NCBI GenBank assembly: GCA_051294375.1
Contig: CM119263.1
Location: forward strand, 14,993,574-15,057,573
Reading direction: 5' to 3'
Length of the DNA: 64,000 bases
DNA from: Paraspadella gotoi
Lineage: Eukaryota > Animalia > Chaetognatha
Shown here piece after piece: positions 39,169 through 52,863 of the stretch; position 1 is the first letter of the stretch; every line of letters starts with the position of its first letter. The position numbers and the translations under genes are program-made. The notes under the pieces are model-generated. The model searched no databases. It saw only the letters and a list, made by a program, of their open reading frames with translations, and was not told the origin of the DNA.

Positions 39169-39732
39169 GGAATCGAACGGTGCATCGTCTCTTGTTTTTA
39201 ATTCTTGATTTCTACTTGATTCGTAGAGGGCAAAAGCCAAGAAACAAAAGGGAAAAATCGGTCATTCTCCTGAATAGGGAATTTTTAAGGTAACCAGAAG
39301 GGTTCAACAAACTGCAAATAACTCTCTAGCAAAAGCGATGCATCATGGGATATGATTTTTTGGTTTATAAACTAAAAAAAAAGTTAAGTTCGCGTGCGTT
39401 TTTATGGTAACTCACAGTGTACGCTATGTTGCCTCTAATCGCGCCCTGTAGAAAATTTTATACGTAACTTGTAATTTGCGTAACGGTTAAAATTGCCTAT
39501 TGTACCGCGACATTATAGTTTCGTAAATCACTAAAGTCGACTATAAATAGTTGGCAAAAAAAAAAGACTCGGGGTGAACTCTAGCGTGCGTCGCGCGACT
39601 ATTAAACTCGAACTTAGAACTCGGGGGCAAAAGAAAAAAAGAAAATGAAAGGAAAAACAGAACGAAAAAAAAATAAGAAAGAAGAAAGAGAGAGAAAAAG
39701 AGAAAATAGGAGAAAATCTCTTTTGGCACAAC

Positions 39733-39770
<38 letters not shown>

Positions 39771-42700
39771 NNNNNNNNNNNNNNNNNNNNNNNNNNNNNN
39801 NNNNNNNNNNNNNNNNNNNNNNNNNNNNNNNNNNNNNNNNNNNNNNNNNNNNNNNNNNNNNNNNNNNNNNNNNNNNNNNNNNNNNNNNNNNNNNNNNNNN
39901 NNNNNNNNNNNNNNNNNNNNNNNNNNNNNNNNNNNNNNNNNNNNNNNNNNNNNNNNNNNNNNNNNNNNNNNNNNNNNCTCTCTCGCCTCTTTTGGACTAA
40001 AATATCCGAGGGGCGAGAGAAAAGTCTCGTATTTCTTCAAGGCCGCCATCATTCCGTACATTATACCGAGGTCAATGTATTCAAATTAGATTCTTCACAG
40101 CTGATCTGTGACGCGGCCCCATTCTCCTGCTCTCCCTTCAAAAAATAAATCGGGTCCTACCCTTCCCTTTTCCCCCCCTCCCGCCCGCTCCCGCCCGCTC
40201 CCGCTCGAGAGTTCAATCTAAATGCAAAGAGAGACTAAAAAGCTACAAGCTAAATTTAAACCTTGGGGAAATATTTTCTCGATCCCTCGGAAAAAAAACC
40301 CCGCCCCTTCTTAACACCAGACTGACGTGTCTCTGTCCTTTCTTGCCTTCCCTCGTTAACGACTCTCTTCAGCATTCCCTTCTCACTTTGTCTCTTCCTT
40401 TTCCTTTTTTTTTGTCCCGCTTTGTCCCGTCTGTCCTTAATTTAATTTCGTCCTCGATTTCTTTCCCTCTTTCTCCTTCTCTCCTTCTGCACCAACTTCC
40501 CTCCAGCATCAAATCTGAAGCCGACGTTAAAATTGATTCCATACCCGTTGTTTCCCTTTTTTGTTATGGGGGAATGAAGAGCNNNNNNNNNNNNNNNNNN
40601 NNNNNNNTCGCAGCACGTTTTCGTCGTTCGTATCTCTTTCCTCGTGAATATCAATCTCTTTCGCGAAGGAAAACGCCTCTCCGCTACGGTTACGACGCCG
40701 AGAGAATGGATAAGCTCTGGCAGAAAAAGGTAGCCTAACCAAAGCTCTTTTTTCCATCATCATTAATGAAAAATGATCTTAAATTTAATTGTTAAAATGA
40801 TCTTAAATTTTAATTGGTCAAAATGATCTTTAAATTTAATTGGTTTCTTTACTCTTTTTTCCTCCTTGGATCAGTCTTGTCTCGCCGCTTTTCTTCTTTG
40901 TCTTCTTCGACAATGTTGTCCTCGCGGTCTTCGTTCGTCGTCCTATCATGGTCCCCATAGAAAGAACCTGCCATGGTTGTTCGTCATTCATCAGGTTGTT
41001 GTCTTCCTCTCTTCTCAGACATATTTATCATCAAAAAAAAAAAAAACCAAAATTTTCGAAACCATAAATTCTTTTAACGATTTCGAGGAGAGCCGGAGGA
41101 AGTGGAGAGAGGAAGAGAGAGAGAGCGAGAAGAGAGAGAGAGAACGAGAGAGAGAGAGAGGGAGAGAGAGAGAGAGAGAGCAGAGGAGAGAAAAGGAAAG
41201 GAAAAGAAAGAAGAAAGAAAGAAGAAAAAGAAAGAAGATAAGAAAGAAAGAAAGAAAAGAAAGAAAGAAAGAAAGAACGAAAGAAAGAAAGAGAGAGAGA
41301 GAGAAGAGAGGAGAGAGAGAGAGAGTAAGAGAGAGAGAGAGAGAGAGAATAGAGAGAGAGAGAGAGAGACTTTCTCCAATTTTTTGTTCTCTGACCACAG
41401 CAAAGAACCGCGTAAGTTGATAGGAGGTCTTGCGTTTGGCTTTTTGTTGATTTTGAGATTGGATATTTGTTTGGTCATTGCGCCGTTGATTTGTGTCAAA
41501 AAAAGACCTATTGATATCAGCAATAATGAAGGGAAAAACCCCCTACTTTCTCATGTCCTTACCTAGACTCCGTCTGATTCTAACGCGATATATATCGCGC
41601 TTGGTTTGATTGCAGATTGCAAAACCAGGCGCACGAACGACGGACGCGTCGACGAATAGAAATTCTAATTGGGGGGAAAAAGTGAAAAAAAGGAAAAGGA
41701 AATTGGGGGAAAAAAAAGGAAAAAGAGAAAAAATGGAAGGAAAAAAAATAATAAAGAAGAGTAAAGAAAGGAAAAAGAGAAAAATGAAGGAAAGAAAAAA
41801 AATAAGAAAGAAGAGTAAAACAAGAAAAAAAGAGAAAAAAAAGGGAAGAAAAAAACAGAGTCAAGAAAGAAGAGTAAAAAAAAAGGAAAGAAAGAGAAAA
41901 AAATGGAAGAAAAAAAAGAAAAAAGTAAAAGAAAAGAGAAAAAGAGAAAAAAAATGAAGAAAAAAATAAAAGAAGAAGGAGTAAAAAAAAAAAGAAAAAA
42001 GAGAAAAAAATGGAAAGAAACAAATAATACAAGAAGATAAAAAAAAAAGGACAAAACGGAAAAAAAAGAGATGAGCCATTTGTTCTATTTGAAGCAGTCC
42101 GAACCGTAAATCGAAAATCAAGAGGATCGTCGTTCGAGTCTCCGCTTCATCTTCATCCTTTCTTCGTTCCGCCGAACTTTAAAACAGTTGTCAACCTAAT
42201 GGATGTCATTTCGTCAGATGTCTTTGTATCGCCGAGGACAATCACCCACCCATCATTCAACAACCCCCCCCCTCCCGACCCCCCGTTCTCGTTCCAGGCG
42301 GCGTCGTCTTCCGCCAACCTGCTCTCCCGGTCAAACTTCGCCGCCGGCGACGCCTCCACATCCATCGGGGCCGAGCCAACTTAAATTCTGGCGAACCGTC
42401 ACGTGCATCACTTGCCGGACCTGCAAGCCGGGCCAACCCGGCCCTGGACGCTCAACGTGCGATCATCCAGCCGAACCCTACCTTTCAAGGTACATTAGTC
42501 ATATACGTAATGTTTTTTACTACTTGTTTGCTTTACAGAATGGAGAGGTTTTTTTTTAAATGCTTATAAAAACACGAATTTCTTCTTTTTTTTTAAACTG
42601 TTTTGTAAACTCCATAATCTCAAACGACAATTAAAAAGAAAGGCGTAGTGAAAGTTTGGCAGATTAAAATTCGAACATATTGATCAATGAAAAACATTTT

Positions 42701-44942
42701 CGCATTACTGACCATCATTTAAACATCCAGTACTTACCATAGAAAATGTCAAAATTTTTAAAAATTTTTTCCTTTGGTTTGAAAGCGGATTACAAATCTC
42801 AAACAATAAAAGAAAATTCAAGATTTTGCTTCGAAATGAAGGACAACTTGCCATTATCACATTATGCACAACCAACTCCAGCCTGGTTTCACTTGTATAG
42901 GAGAGTCAAATCTTTTTACTGCTTGCAAGGCACATACTTTTGCCCTAATCTGATAAAAAATGTTATGTTAGAGAATAATAATATTTAAAAAAATGTCGAT
43001 CAAAAAGAGGTGAAACACAGTCTGGAGAGAACGTCTTTTTGAAGTATTTGAATAGCATTAACATTAATTTTATGCTGTTTGAGAAAAAATCTTTTTATCA
43101 TCAGTCTTAGGAGGCATATGACATTTAAAACCTATTTTACCGGCCAAAAAATAAATTGACAATTGAACATTTAAGCCGACTTTTCCAAACACGCGAAATT
43201 TTTTTCTCCCATCATGGTAGGTCCTTATTCTTCTGGTTTTAAAAAAAACTTCAGTAAAATGAGATTTTAATAATATAGACATTTGTAAATTAACTTTCTT
43301 AAAATATGAGGTCGACGGAGAAGCGAAAGGTACGAGGTTGGGAACCAATGAGCAGATACTTTCGAACGTGATTGAGAACGCCGCCGTTGATGCTGGTCGG
43401 CCATTGCCGCCTACGGGGATGTATTCCTCGCTTTAGACCGTACGGACGTGTCCAACTCGGGTTCAAGCTCCACGGATGCAAGAAAGACGCGATCAGCCTT
43501 CTTTGAGGGCAGACAGAAAACCTAGATCTGTTGGAAAATCCGGTGCCGTGACCGACGCCCGATGCCGAGACATCCGGGGAATTGGAGGGAGAGGATTGAA
43601 AATGAGAAGAGAGAGAGAGAGAGAGAGACGAGAGAGAGAGAGAGAGAGAGGAGCAGAGAAAGAGAGAGCTGCAGGAGATGATATGATAGAAAGCTGTAGG
43701 TTAGAGCAGGTCGCGTTTGATGTAGAAGGGCAAAAGACGGACCGAAATATGGGATTACAGATAGAAAAACTAAAGGGAGATAAAGTCTGAATCGGGAATC
43801 GGAATAGACTCCAATGAAGTTTGACAGAGATAGCAGTTGATGCTAAAGCTATAAGAACATTAGAGATGAGAGCGTGATTAAAAGAATCAAGGAAGACTCG
43901 GTAGAGACTTTGAGTCTTGAGTTTCAGGCTGTAAATGAAAAGATCATAAGGGCAGTGGAAAAGTACGGGACAAAAATGAAAATCTGTGACGGTCGCTTGT
44001 CTGAAGAAAAGCAGCTAAGAAATTGAAGGAAATGGGAAATTAGCTGGCAGAAAAAAATTGGTTCGTCTCAAAAAAAGAACCCGGTCTTGAAATTAAGGAG
44101 GTGAATTTGAAAAGCCATTTAAGCGCAAAGGCAAAACGTCGTAAGCGGTAACCACGATTATGAAAAAAATTAACCGAGGTTGGGAAAAGTTTAAACACGA
44201 TTGGAAAGAAGGGTAACCTAAATAAGAAAGCAGCTGATGCGAAGATGACAAAATGAAAAAAAAGCGGAAGAAACAGTAGAAAAGGAAATGAAGAGGAAAC
44301 TCCCAAATGAAGGAAAATATCTATGAAAAGAGAAGGAAGGGCGAGATCTCGCAGTTTCGTTATGTGACAGAGACGTAGGCGCCGAAGCGGTGAAGGATGG
44401 TGGCGGAGGCGATGGAGAAAGGAGAAAGTAAAGGAAAGAGAAATTTTGGTTGCTTGGCCGATGTGGTGGACGAGGAGTCAGGAATCGAGTCAGGTTTTTC
44501 TGTAATTGTGGTCAATTGACATAGACAAATATATAAAGGAAAACCTTGAATAAAAATAAATTAGTAAATCATAACAAACAATAAAACCTGTGTGCGCTGA
44601 TCGTGAAATTAAAGCGTGCATGAAGTGAAACAATTTAACATTGGTTGATGTTAGTCTGAAAATTAGTGCCATAGATCCACTTACGGCTTGTGATTTGCTA
44701 ACCAATGATGTTCATGCAGGATCCAGTAGGGGCTGATTTTTTATCTGCCTAGACTCGACGTTACCTAATCCACGGTTCTGTCGAGTGGTTAACAAGTCGT
44801 TCTCTCGTCACAGCCAGGCGACGCTCTTGCGTCGCGGAAAAAAAAGAAATAGATTCATCATATTCTCATTACTATCACAATGAATTTAAAATCGGTCCTC
44901 ATTTCGCTCTCTGCTCTTCTCTTATCTCCCTTCTCTCTCTCA

Positions 44943-44992
<50 letters not shown>

Positions 44993-46229
44993 CCTCATCT
45001 CCATCTCCTCTCTCTCTCTCTCGCTATAGAGAGAGAGAGAGAGCGATAGAGAGGACCGATTTTAATTCATTGTGATGTAAATGAGAATCAATGATGAATC
45101 GTGAATTTCATTTTTTTTCCGCGACGCGCGTCGCCTGGCGTCGGCGACGAAGAGAAACGACTTGATTAACCACTCGCCCAGAACCGTGGATTAATGGCAT
45201 AACATCGTTGGAATAAAAATCACAAGCCCCTACTGGATCCATGGCATGACATCATTGGTAGCAAAATCACAAGCCGTAAGTGGATCTATGGCACTAATTT
45301 TCAGACTAACATCACCAATGTTAAATTGTTTCACTTCATGCACGCTTTATTTCACGATCACGCACCAGGTTTATTGTTGTGTTATGATTTACTAATTTAT
45401 TTTTTTATTCAAGGTTTCTTTATATATTTGTCTATCAATTGACCACAATTACAGAAAAACCTGACTCGATTCCTGACTCCTCGTCCACCACATCGGCCCA
45501 CAACCAAAATTTCTCTTTCCTTTACTTTCTCTTTCTCCATCGCCTCCGCCACCTCCTTCACCGCTTCCGGCGCCTACGTCTCTGGTCCATAACGAACTGC
45601 GAGATTTCTCGCCCTTCCTTCTCTTTTCATAGTATTTCCTTCATTTGGGAGTTCTCTTCATTCCTTTCTACTTTTCTTCCCTTTTTTTTCATTTTTCATC
45701 TTCCATCAGCGCTTCTTATTTAGTTACTCCTTTTTCCCAATCGGTTAAACTTTTCCCAACTCGGTTAATTTTTCATAATCGGTTACCGCTTACGACTTTT
45801 GCTTTGCGCTTAAATGCTTTTCAAATTCACTCCTTAATTTCAAGACCGTTCTTTTTTGAGACGAAAACCAATTTTTTTCTGCCCTAATTTCCATTTTCTT
45901 CATTTCTTACTCTTTTCTTCAGACAGCACCTCACAATTTTCATTTTTTCCCCTTACTTTCCACTGCCCTTATGATCTTTTCATTAAGCCTGAAACTCAAG
46001 ACTCAAGTCTCACCCGAGTCTTCCTTATTCTTTAAACCGCTCTCCATCTCTATGTTCTTATACTTTGGCATCACTCTATCTCTGTCAAACCTCATTGAGT
46101 CATTCTCGATTCCCGATTCAACTTTATCTCCCTTAGTTTTTCTGATCTAATCCCATATTTCCGTCCGTCTTTTCCCTTCTAATCAAACGCGACCTCTCTA
46201 CCTACAGCTTTCTATCATATCATCTCCTC

Positions 46230-46292
<63 letters not shown>

Positions 46293-48422
46293 TCTCTTCT
46301 CTCTCTCTCATTTTCATCTCTCTCCCTTCAATTCCCGATGTCTCGGCACGCTCGTCACGGCACGCGATTTTCCAACAGATCAGGTTTTCTGTCTGCCCTC
46401 AAGCCCTTACCTTTGGTTACATCGTCGGCTCATTGGTTCCTCACCTTTTCTTAAACTCCCTTCGCTTCTCCGTCGCCTCATATTTTAAGAAAGTTAATTT
46501 ACAAATGTCTATATATTAAAATCTCATTTTACTAATTTTTTTTAAAACCAGAAGAATAACCTACCATGATGGAAAAAAAAATTTCGCGGTTTGAAAAGTC
46601 GGGTTAATGTTCATTGTCAATTTATTTTTTGGCCGGTAATAGGTTTTAAATGTCTATGACCTCCCTAGAGACTGAATGAAAAAGATTTTTTCTTCAACAG
46701 CATAAATTAATTTAATGCATTCAAATACTTCAAAAGACGTTCTCTCCAACTGTTTTCACCTCTTTTTGATCACATTTTTTTTAATATTATATCTCTAACA
46801 TAACATTTTTTATCAGATTTAGGGCAAAAAGTAGTCCTTGGCAAGCAGTGAAAAAGATTGATCTCCTATAAAGTGAACCAGGCTGGAGTTGTTGTTGCAT
46901 AATGTGATAATGCATTGTCCTTCATTTCAACAAAATCTTGATTTTCTTTTTAATTGTTTGATATTTGAATCCGCTTTCAAAACCAAGGAAAAATTATTTA
47001 AAAATTTTGACATTTTCTATGGTAAGTACTATGTTTAAATATGGTCGTATGCGAAAATTGTTCATGATCAACTATTCGAATTTTAATCTGCAACTTTCAC
47101 TACGCCTTTCTTTTTAATTGCGTTTGAGATTATGAGTTTACAAACAGTTTAAAAAAAAAAAAGAAATTCGTTTTTTATAAACATTAAAAAAAAACCTCTC
47201 CATCGTAAACAAACAAGTAGTAAAAACATTACGTATATGACAATGTACCTGAAAAGTAGGGTTCGGCTGGATGGACCACTTGACGTCCCAGGGCGGGTTG
47301 GCCGGCTCAGTCCGGCAAGTGATCACGTGACGGTCGCCAGATTTGAAGTTGGCCTCGGCCCCGATGATGTGGAGGCGCGCCGGGGCGAAGTTGACCGGAA
47401 GAGAGAGGTTGGCGGAGACGACGCCGCCTGGAACGAGAACGGGGGTCGGGGAGGGGGGGGGTTGTTGAATGAGGGTGGTGATTGTCTCGGACGATCACAA
47501 AGACATCGACGAAAATGACATCCATTAGGTTGACAACTGTTTTAAAGTTCGCGGACGAAGAAGGATGAAGATGAAGCGGAAGACATCGACGACGATCCTC
47601 TTGATTTTCGATTTACGGTTCGGACTCTTCAAATAAAACAAATGGCTCATCTCCTTTTTTTCGCTTTTTTTCCTTTTTTTTTTTACTCTTCTTTCTTATT
47701 TTTGTTTCTTCCATTTTTTTCTCTTTTTTCCTTTTTTTTTACTCTTCTTTCTTATTTTTTTTCTTCCATTTTTTTTCTCTTTTTTCCTTTTCTTTTACTT
47801 TTCTTTCTTTTTTTTTCTTCCATTTTTTTCTCTTTTTTCCTTTTTTTTTACTCTTCTTTCTTACTTTTTTTTTCTTCCCTTTTTTTTTCTCTTTTTTCCT
47901 TTTTTTTACTCTTCTTTCTTATTTTTTTTCTTCCATTTTTTTCTCTTTTTTCCTTTCTTTTTTACTCTTCTTTATTATTTTTTTTCCTTCCATTTTTTTC
48001 TCTTTTTTCCTTTTTTTTCCCCAATTTCCTTTTTCCTTTTTTTCACTTTTTCCCTCCCAATTAGAATTTCTATTCGTCGACGCGTCGTCGTTCGTGCGCC
48101 TGAGGTTTTGCAATCTGCAATCAACCAAGCGATATATATTCGCGTTAGAATCAGACGGGAGGTTAGGTAAGGCCAGAGAAGTAGGTTTTCCCTTTCATTA
48201 TTGCTGATACAAGGTCTTTTTTTGACCACAAATCAACGGCGCAATCGACCAAACAAATATCCAATCCTCAAAAATCCAACAAACAGCCAACCAACCCTCC
48301 TATCAACTTACGCGGTTCTTTGCTGTGTCAGGAGAACAAAAAATTGAGAAAGTCTCTCTCTCTCTCAAAAACATTTTCGAAACCATAAATTCTTTTAACG
48401 ATTTCGAGGAGAGCGAGAAGTG

Positions 48423-48511
<89 letters not shown>

Positions 48512-48609
48512 GAAAGAAAGAAAAGAAAAGAAGAAAGAAAGAAAGAAAAAGAAAGAAAGAAAGAAAGAAAGAAAGAAAAGAAAGAAAGAAAGAAAGAAGA
48601 AAGAACGAA

Positions 48610-48664
<55 letters not shown>

Positions 48665-50729
48665 ATTAGAGAGAGAGAGAGAGAACTTTTCCAATTTTTT
48701 GTTCTCCTGACACAGCAAAGAACCGCGTAAGTTGATAGGAGGGTTGGTTGGCTGTTTGTTGGATTTTTGAGGATTGGATATTTGTTTGGTCGTTGCGCCG
48801 TTGATTTGTGGTCAAAAAAAGACCTTTGTATCAAGCAATAATGAAGGGAAAACCTACTTTCTGGCCTTACCTAACTCCCGTCTGATTCTAACGCGAATAT
48901 ATATCGCTTGGTTGATTGCAGATTGCAAAACCTCAGGCGCACGAACGACGACGCGTCGACGAATAGAAATTCTAATTGGGAGGAAAAAGTGAAAAAAAGG
49001 AAAAAGGAAATGGGGAAAAAAAGGAAAAAGAGAAAAAAATGGAAGGAAAAAAAATAATAAGAAGAGTAAAAGAAAGGAAAAAAGAGAAAAAAATGGAAGA
49101 AAAAAAATAAGAAAGAAGAGTAAAAAAGGAAAAAAAGAGAAAAAAAAGGGAAGAAAAAAAAAGAGTAAAGAAAGAAGAGTAAAAAAAAAGGAAAAAAGAG
49201 AAAAAAATGGAAGAAAAAAAAGAAAAAAGTAAAAGAAAAGGAAAAAGAGAAAAAAAATAAGAAAAAATAAGAAGAAGAGAAAAAAAAAAAGAAAAAAGAG
49301 AAAAAATGGAAAGAAACAAAAAATACAGAGAAGAGTAAAAAAAAAAGGAAAAAAAGCGAAAAAAAGGAGATAGCCATTTGTTTATTTGAAGAGTCCGAAC
49401 CGTAAATCGAAAATCAAGAGGATCGTCGTCGATGTCTCCGCTTCATCTTCATCCTTCTTCGTTCCGCGAACTTTAAACAGTTGTCAACCTAATGGATGTA
49501 TTCTTCGTCGATGTCTTTGTGATCGCCGAGACAATCACCACCCTCATTTCAACAACCCCCCCCCTCCCGACCCCCGTTCTCGTTCCAGGCGGCGTCGTCT
49601 CCGCCAACCTCTCTCTCCGGTCAACTTCGCCCCGGCGCGCCTCCACATCATCGGGCCGAGGCCAACTTCAAATCTGGCGACCGTCACGTGATCACTTGCC
49701 GGACTGAAGCCGGCCAACCCGCCCTGGACGTCAAGTGTCCATCCAGCCGAACCCTACTTTCAGGTACATTGTCATATACGTAATGTTTTTTACTACTTGT
49801 TTGTTTACAGATGGAGAGGTTTTTTTTTAAATGTTTATAAAAAACGAATTTCTTTTTTTTTTTTAAACTGTTTTGTAAACTCATAATCTCAAACGCAATT
49901 AAAAAGAAAGGCGTAGTGAAAGTTGCAGATTAAAATTCGAATAGTTGATCAATGAACAATTTTCGCATACGACCATATTTAAACATAGTACTTACCATAG
50001 AAAATGTCAAAATTTTTAAAAATAATTTTTCCTTGGTTTGAAAGCGGATTCAAATATCAAACAATTAAAAGAAATCAAGATTTTGTTGAAATGAAGGACA
50101 ATGCCATTATCACATTAAATGCACAACAACTCCAGCCTGGTTCACTTTATAGGAGATCAATCTTTTTACTGCTTGCCAAGGACTACTTTTTGCCCTAAAT
50201 CTGATAAAAAATGTTATGTTAGAGATATAATATTTAAAAAAATGTGATCAAAAAGAGGTGAAAACAGTTGGAGAGAACGTCTTTGAAGTATTTGAATGCA
50301 TTAAATAATTTTATGCTGTTGAGAAAAAATCTTTTTATTCAGTCTTAGGGAGGTCATATGACATATTAAAACCTATTTACCGGCCAAAAAATAAATTGAC
50401 AATGAAATTAACCGACTTTTCCAAACCGCGAAATTTTTTTTCCCATCATGGTAGGTCTTTTATTCTTCTGGTTTTAAAAAAAATTAGTAAAATGAGATTT
50501 TAATAATATAGACATTTGTAAATTAACTTTCTTAAAATATGAGGCGACGAGAGAAGCGAAGGGGTTTAAGAAAAGGTGAAGGAAGCAAATGAGCCGACGA
50601 TGTAACAAACGGTAAGGCCTTTGAGGGCAGACAGAAAACCTAATCTCGTGGAAAATCGGTGCCGTGACGAGCGTGCCGAGACATCCGGGAATTGGAGGGA
50701 GAGGATTGAAAATGAGAGAGAGAGAGAGA

Positions 50730-50786
<57 letters not shown>

Positions 50787-51962
50787 AGGAGATGATATGA
50801 TAGAAAGCTGTAGGTAGAGAGGTCGCGTTTGATTAGAAGGGAAAAGACGGACGCGAAATATGGGATTAAGATCAGAAAAACTAAGGGAGATAAAGTTGAA
50901 TCGGGAATCGAGAATGACTCAATGAGGTTTGACAGAGATAGAGTGATGCAAAGTATAAGAACATAGAGATGAGAGCGGTTAAAAGAATAAGGAAGACTCG
51001 GGTGAGACTTGAGTCTTGAGTTTCAGGCTTAAATGAAAAGATCATAAGGGCAGTGGAAAGTAAGGGGAAAAAATGAAAATTGTGAGGTGCTGTCTGAAGA
51101 AAAGAGTAAGAAATTAAGAAAATGGAAATTAGGGCAGAAAAAAATTGGTTTCGTCTCAAAAAAAGAACGGTCTTGAAATTAAGGAGTGAATTTGAAAAGC
51201 ATTTAAGCGCAAACAAAAGTCGTAAGCGGTAACCGATTATGAAAAATTAACCGAGTTGGGAAAAGTTTAACCGATTGGAAAAAGGAGTAACTAAATAAGA
51301 AGGCTGATGAGATGAAAAATGAAAAAAGGGAAGAAAGTAGAAAGGAATGAAGAGAAACTCCCAATGAAGGAAAATACTATGAAAAGAGAAGGAAGGGCGA
51401 GAATCTCGGCAGTTCGTTATGACCAGAGACGTAGGCGCCGGAAGCGGTGAAGGAGGTGGCGGAGGCGATGGAGAAAGAGAAAGTAAAGGAAAGAGAAATT
51501 TTGGTTGTGGCGATGTGGTGGACGAGGAGTCAGGAATCGAGTCAGGTTTTTCTGTAATTGCGTGTCAATTGATAGACAAATATATAAAGAAACCTTGAAT
51601 AAAAAAATAAATTAGTAAATCATAACACAACAATAAACCTGGTGCGCTGATCGTGAAATAAAGCGTGCATGAAGTGAAACAATTTAACATTGGTGATGTT
51701 AGTCTGAAAATTAGTGCTCATAGATCACTTACGGCTTGTGAATTTTGCTAACCAATGATGTCATGCATGGATCCAGTAGGGCTTGTGATTTTTATTCCAA
51801 CGACTGTTAGCATTAATCCACGGTTCTGGCGAGTGGTTATCAAGTCGTTCTCTTCGTCGCGACGCCAGGCGACGCGCGTCGCGGAAAAAAAAATGAAATT
51901 CACGATTCATCATTGATTCTCATTACATCACAATGAATATTAAAATCGGTCCTCATCTATCG

Positions 51963-51993
<31 letters not shown>

Positions 51994-52024
51994 TCTCTCT
52001 CTCGCTCTCTCTGCTCTCTCTCTC

Positions 52025-52084
<60 letters not shown>

Positions 52085-52751
52085 GCTCTTCATTCCCCCA
52101 TAAACAAAAAAGGGAAACAACGGGTAATGCGAATCAATTTAACGCGGCTTCAATTGATGCTGCGAGGGAAGTTGGTGCAGAAGGAGAGAAAGGAGAAGAG
52201 GGAAAGAAATCGAGGACGAAATTAAATTAAGGACAGACGGGACAAAGCGGGACAAAAAAAAGGAAAAAAGGAAGAGACAAGTGAGAAGGGAATTGCTGAG
52301 AGAGTCGTTAACGAGGGAAGGCAAGAAAGGACAGAGACACGTCAGTCTGGTGTTAGAAGGGCGGGGTTTTTTTTCCGACGGAATCGAGAAAATATTTCCC
52401 CAAGGTTTAAATTTAGCTTGTAGCTTTTTTAGTCTCTCTTTGCATTTAGATTGAACTCTCGAGCGGGACGGGCGGAGCGGGCGGGAGGGGGGGAAAAGGG
52501 AAGGTAGACCCGATTTATTTTTTGAAGGAGAGCAGGAGAATGGGGCCGCGTCACAAGATCAGCTGTGAAGAAGATCTAATTTGAATACATTGACCTCGGT
52601 ATAGTAAACGGAATGATGCCCCGCCTTGAAGAAGAATACGAGACTTTTTCTCTGCCCCTCGGATAATTTTTCAAAGGCGGATACAAGACCACAGAAGCGA
52701 AAGAGAGCAAGTGAGCAGAAGACGAGAGAGAGAGCAGAGAGGAAGAGAGAG

Positions 52752-52794
<43 letters not shown>

Positions 52795-52811
52795 GAGAAG
52801 ATGAGAGAGAA

Positions 52812-52863
<52 letters not shown>

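Noticed and set aside
41015-42121. Long ER/LS/FK-rich ORFs here and at 32321, 48325, 55530 and elsewhere
   Set aside because: Translations of (GA)n and purine/pyrimidine low-complexity tracts
43350-43500. Insertion unique to the first fold-back copy
   Set aside because: Absent from the two other copies and has no structure; consistent with a read-noise burst
42298-49763. Dscam-like mutually exclusive or invertible Ig exon cassette
   Set aside because: Extra copies are antisense, frameshifted and show indel rather than amino-acid divergence
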